This document shows positions 59,521 to 64,000 of a stretch of DNA of 64,000 nt, one piece after another; within the stretch, counting starts at the first letter, position 1; every line of letters starts with the position of its first letter. The position numbers were made by a program, and so were the translations under genes. A model generated the notes under the pieces. It worked only from the letters and a program-made list of their open reading frames with translations. It searched no databases and was not told the DNA's origin. Source of the DNA: Mustelus asterias (lineage: Eukaryota). The DNA lies in the NCBI RefSeq assembly GCF_964213995.1, contig NC_135803.1, positions 20,336,001 through 20,400,000 of the forward strand, written 5' to 3'.

Positions 59521-59782
59521 TCAACTTTGCCCACGTTGCCTTATGTGCCACATCTACCCTCTGGACCAGCATGGAAAATCAGGATGGCATTGCCAGCATT
59601 CAAAGTATGTCACTGAATCCTTCTGCCTGATTACCCTGGCCTAACAATATGTCCACAATTATATACATTGGCACTAACCCCTATCTATAAGCTCTCTCTT
59701 TCTCCTTTCCAATTACCTCTCTTGTCAGAGCTGTAGCCCCAGAGGATGGGATTTGCTATAGAATTATTATACAATTATTATA

Positions 59783-61040
59783 CTGGCACTGGAAGGGGTG
59801 CAGAGGAGATTCACTAGGTTAATTCCAGAGTTGAGAGGGTTGGCTTATGAGGAGAGACTGAGGAGACTAGGGCTAAACTCATTGGAATTTAGAAGAATGA
59901 GGGGGAATGAGGGAGGATACAGCAAGATTGTAGACCAGTTGGAAACTTGGGCGGAGAAATGGCAAATGGAGTTTAATCTGGACAAGTGTGAGTTAATGCA
60001 TTTTGGAAGGTCCATTGCATGTAGGAATTATACAGTAAATGGTAGAACCCTCAGGAATATTGACAGGCAGAGAGATCTAGGTGTACATGTCCACCGATCA
60101 CTGAAACTGGCAACGCAGGTGGATGAGGTAGTCAAGAAAGCATACAGTATGCTTGCCTTCATCGGTCGGGGCATTGAGTATAAAAATTGGTGGATCATGC
60201 TGCAGCTCTACAGAACCTTAGTTAGGCCTCATTTAGAATATTGTGTACAATTCTGGTCGCCACACTACCAGAAGGATGTGGATGCTTTGGAGAGGGTCCA
60301 GAAGAGGTTTAGCTATGAAGAGAGGTTGGAAGACGGAGGTTGAGGGGTGACCTGATAGAGGTCTACAAGATTATGAGTGGCATGGACAGAGTGGGTAGTC
60401 AGATGCTTTTCCCTAGGATAGAAAAGCCAAGTACTCGGGGACATAGGTTTAAGATGCGTGGGAAACATTTAGAGAAGATGTGCAAGGCAAGTTTTTTTAC
60501 ACAGAGGGTGGTGAATGTCTGGATGTGCTGCCCGGGGAGGTGGTGGGAGCAGGTACGATAGCAGCAGTTTAGGCAGGCACCATGATCGGTGCAGGCTTGG
60601 GGGGGCCGAAGGGCCTGTTCCTGTACTGTACTGTTCTTTATTCTTTGTTCTCTTTGTTTATAGAAACATATAAAATTGTGAAGGAAATAGATAAGATAGA
60701 AGCAGGGAGGTTGTTTCCACTGACAGGTGAAACCAGAACTAGAGGGCATAGCCTCAAAATAAGAGGGAGCAGATTTGGGACTGAGTTGCGGAGGAACTTC
60801 TTCACCCAAAGGGTTGTGAATCTGTGGAATTCCCTGCCCAGTGAAGCAGCTGAGGCTACCTCGTTGAATATTTTTAAGGCAGAGATAGATTGTTGAACAG
60901 TAAAGGAATTAAGGGTTATGGTGAGTCGGCGGGTAAGTGGAGCTGAGTCCACAAAAAGATCAGCCATGATCTGATTGAATGGCGGAGCAGGCTCGAGGGG
61001 ACCAAGTGGCCTACTCCTGCTCCTAGTTCTTATGTTCTTA
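59783..61040 (+). mobile_element. CR1 3' fragment (59783-59907 + 60656-61040) with a second CR1 family (~59908-60655) nested inside
   Basis: Host breaks at EFRRMRGN and resumes at IETYKIVK. The insert runs DQLETWAEKWQMEFN... to its own TTCTTTGTTC tail. Confidence 0.88.
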
Positions 61041-61426
61041 TTTATGAAGACACAATGCAACCATATTGGTGTTGTTGCTCAGTTAAGTTTTAATTCCCCT
61101 TTGCTACTTAGCAAATAAATATACTCATTTTGAATTTTCACTTAATCCTAAATGTTATAGATAAATATCAGTGCACTTATCATCATGTCTATATAATATA
61201 TATATTATAATAATCTATTTTCCTGCTCTTTATGCTTCAAAACTGCCGTTAGAGGCAGCTTGGGAATAGTTAATGATGTTGCTGTGGGGAGAATTAAGTT
61301 CTGCATGTTTTTTTTATGGTGATTTCAATTGTTGCTTCTCAGTATTGCAGAACAAATTGCTTTTCCATTTCTAGCACCTACTGTAGGAAAGTGCTCTCTC
61401 ATCACCTAAACAATATACACTTTATT

Positions 61427-61880
61427 GGGCGGCATGGTGGCACAGTGGTTAGCACTGCTGCCTCCAAAAGACATGCTGGTTAGGTGCATTGACTCAAACA
61501 GGCTCCGGAGTGTGGCGACTCGGGGAATTTCACAGTAACTTCATTGCAGTGTTAATGTAGGCATTACTTCTGACGAATAAATAAACTTTAAACTTTTCAC
61601 AGCACCAGGGACCCGGGTTTGATTCCCGGTTTGGATCAATGTCTGTGTGGAGTTTGCACGTTCTCCCCATGTCTGCGTGGGTTTCCTCCGGGTGCTCAGG
61701 TTTCCCCCCACAGTCCAAAAATGTGCGGGTTGGGTGGATTGGCCATGCTAAATTGCCGCTTGGTGTCAGGGTGGCTAGCTAGGGTAAAAGCATGGGGTTA
61801 TGGGGATAGGCCTGGGTGGGATTGTGGTCAGTGCAGAAGTGGGCCAAATGGCCTCCTTCTGCGCTGTAGGATTCTATGAT
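61427..61880 (+). mobile_element. HE1 SINE (type A) with a 5'-truncated type B SINE (~61465-61597) inserted in its head
   Basis: ...GCACTGCTGCCTC|CAAAAGACATGCTGG...AATAAATAAACTTTAAACTTTT|CACAGCACCAGGGACCCGGG... Confidence 0.88.
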
Positions 61881-61987
61881 TGCTTCAATATGATGTGGAG
61901 ATGCCGGCGTTGGACTGGGGTAAACACAGTAAGAAGTTTAACAACACCAGGTTAAAGTCCAACAGGTTTATTTGGTAGCAAAAGCCA

Positions 61988-62024
61988 CACAAGCTTTCGA
62001 GGCTCTGAGCCCCTTCTTCAGGTG
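61988..62024 (-). ncRNA. Minimal hammerhead ribozyme motif (PLE type)
   Basis: Reverse complement of 62531-62567; intact core. Confidence 0.75.
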
Positions 62025-62530
62025 AGTGGGAATTCTGTTCACAAACAGAACTTATAAGACACAGACTCAATTTACATGAATAATGGTTGGAATGCGAATA
62101 CTTACAACTAATCCAGTCTTTAAGAAACAAAACAATGGGAGTGGAGAGAGCATCAAGACAGGCTAAAAAGATGTGTATTGTCTCCAGACAAGACAGCCAG
62201 TGAAACTCTGCAGGTCCACGCAACTGTGGGAGTTACAAATAGTGTGACATAAATTCTGATTCTAGGATCGCATGATAAAGACTCAGGAGGAAAAAAGCAG
62301 AAATATTTATGTGAAATAGTGTGACATAAACCCAATATCCCGGTTGAGGCCGTCAATTCACAGTCGGTTGGAGACAATACACATCTTTTTAGCCTGTCTT
62401 GATGCTCTCTCCACTCCCATTGTTTTGTTTCTTAAAGACTGGATTAGTTGTAAGTATTCGCATTCCAACCATTATTCATGTAAATTGAGTCTGTGTCTTA
62501 TAAGTTCTGTTTGTGAACAGAATTCCCACT

Positions 62531-62567
62531 CACCTGAAGAAGGGGCTCAGAGCCTCGAAAGCTTGTG
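62531..62567 (+). ncRNA. Minimal hammerhead ribozyme motif (PLE type), sense to host pre-mRNA
   Basis: CAC-CTGAAGA-A-GGGGCT-CAG-AGCCTC-GAAA-GC-TT-GTG, with intact core, 6-bp stem II and a palindromic AGCT in place of stem III. Confidence 0.78.
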
Positions 62568-62869
62568 TGGCTTTTGCTACCAAATAAACCTGTTGGACTT
62601 TAACCTGGTGTTGTTAAACTTCTTACTGTGCTTCAATATGACCAGTGAGCTGAATGTAAATGGCCTGAACCAACTTCATTTTGGACTCTTCAAGCTGGCC
62701 AAAGGAGAAACAGCTTGGATTTATTTAGCCCCTTTGATATCTCAAATCACCTTGGCCATGTGGTCAATGCCACACCCAATTTGTGCATAGCACAATCCCG
62801 AGAATATTAATGAATTGACTGACCATTGGAATTGAGAGCTTCCTCCCCTTACGGAGCGATTGAAAGGTC

Positions 62870-63340
62870 ACAGCATCAAAGGAGGCCAGTTGGCCCATCG
62901 TGTCAGGAGCATCTCACCTAGCCCCACTCCCCTAGCTGGTTCCTGTAGTTCCCAATTACCTTCCCTTCAGGTGCTTATCCAATTCCCTTTTGAAAGTCAT
63001 GATTGAATCTGCTTCCAACAAACTCTCAGACTGTGTACTCTACATCCTACTGACTGCGTAGAAACATTTTACCTTAATAAATCATCTTAGACCTACATCC
63101 TTTGGTTCTCAACATTTCCACCGATGGGAACAGTTTCTCTCTATCTGCCCTGCCTAGACCCTTCACAATTTTGAATACTTATATCAAATCTCCTCTCAAC
63201 TTTCTCTTAGGAGAACAATCCCAGCTTCTCCAATCTACCCAAGCTCCTCATCGCTGGAACCATTCTCATTTATCTTTTCTGTACCTTCTCCCATCCCTCC
63301 ACATCCTTCCATTGCCCAGAATTCCATGCAATGCTCCAGT
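62870..63340 (-). mobile_element. Old CR1 3' fragment
   Basis: GGAGGCCAGTTGGCCCATCG...TTATCCAATTCCCTTTTGAA...TCACAATTTTGAATACTTATATCAAATCTCCTCTCAAC; reverse CR1 pattern. Confidence 0.65.
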
Positions 63341-63639
63341 TAAGGCAGAACCAATATGTTATAATTGTGCATAATAACCTCCTTGGTATTGTACTCCATG
63401 GGCTGGATCTTCCCCTCTGCACCTGGAAATGTGAATCCAGCTGTTTCTCGATTTGCAATTCTGAACCCATCACCTCTTCCCTCTCCCACAGAATTGTCAT
63501 CTCTGTGAGGCGAGGCTGGCCGTGTCCAGGCCTGCAGCCATGAACCGGGACATTTGGGCAATGTTTTAATGCCTATTTAATTTTTAATTATGCTTTTGAA
63601 ATTAAACCTTGAGCAACCAAGTGTAAACTCGTGCGAAAT

Positions 63640-63760
63640 AGCTAGGGTAAATGCATGGAGTTATGGGGTTAGGGCCTGGGTGGGATTGTGGTCAGTGCAG
63701 ACTCGATGGGCCAAATGGCCTCCTTCTGCACTGTAGGATTCTATGGATTCTATGATTCTT
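63640..63760 (+). mobile_element. HE1 SINE 3' tail fragment (another minus-strand tail begins at ~63968 and runs off the window)
   Basis: AGCTAGGGTAAATGCATGG...GGCCTCCTTCTGCACTGTAGGATTCTATG. Confidence 0.85.
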
Positions 63761-64000
63761 TATTTAGTTCCATGTGAGTGTTCAGCTAATAGCAAAAGTT
63801 CCGAACAATAAGAAGGCCGCATAAGATGCATTTTTCATTACAATACAAGTGCTGCTTCTAACGGATAGGAAAATATTATTACTGGGAATGAAAATGTTTC
63901 CCTAATTTATCTTATAGAATTAAGCAGTATCTACAAGACAGAGAGAGAGGCCATTCTAAAGGGATCTTGAATCATAGAATCCCTACAGTACAGAAAAAGG

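Larger units (their letters stand above)
61894..62628 (-). mobile_element. Penelope-like element 3' end with inverted pseudo-LTR (262-bp fold-back), subfamily B
   Basis: Arms 61925-62186 and 62369-62630 are reverse complements with no mismatch that I could see. Only the left arm carries the tail. 13-bp TSD TGCTTCAATATGA at 61881-61893 and 62629-62641. The spacer encodes DGLNRDIGFMSHYFT* on minus (62354-62307), resembling a PLE GIY-YIG C-terminus. Confidence 0.88.

Noticed and set aside
61885-62790. Two ORFs (61885-62223 minus and 62344-62790 plus) sharing a long identical peptide
   Set aside because: An artefact of the 262-bp inverted repeat; the peptide comes from PLE non-coding terminal sequence.

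Overview
Eukaryotic, repeat-rich vertebrate DNA, almost certainly from a cartilaginous fish (shark). The basis is abundant HE1-type V-SINEs, HER1/CR1-type LINEs and Deu-domain SINE relics. The window lies inside an endosomal Na+/H+ exchanger gene, most likely SLC9A9 (NHE9), on the + strand. Two coding exons are visible (594-705 and 7879-8032). The first is preceded by what looks like a U12 (minor spliceosome) branch site. After 8032 I found no further recognisable exon, so the next intron appears to be at least 56 kb. The introns are packed with nested mobile DNA: CR1 and Rex1/Babar-type LINE fragments, two tail variants of the V-SINE, and Harbinger/PIF relics, including a decayed two-gene element (HARBI1-like transposase plus Myb/SANT gene) and several MITE-like derivatives. 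The most interesting signal is a set of eight short Penelope-like retroelement insertions. Several carry a minimal hammerhead ribozyme motif (CUGANGA...GAAA-GC-UH) with covarying stem II, have 7-16 bp target-site duplications, and form fold-back inverted repeats up to 262 bp. Also notable are a U2 snRNA-headed (possibly U1+U2) insertion near 40.1-40.4 kb and a TIR-bounded segment near 3-4.2 kb holding inverted copies of both of its flanks. Coordinates of old repeats are approximate, and family names come from recalled motifs, not database searches.
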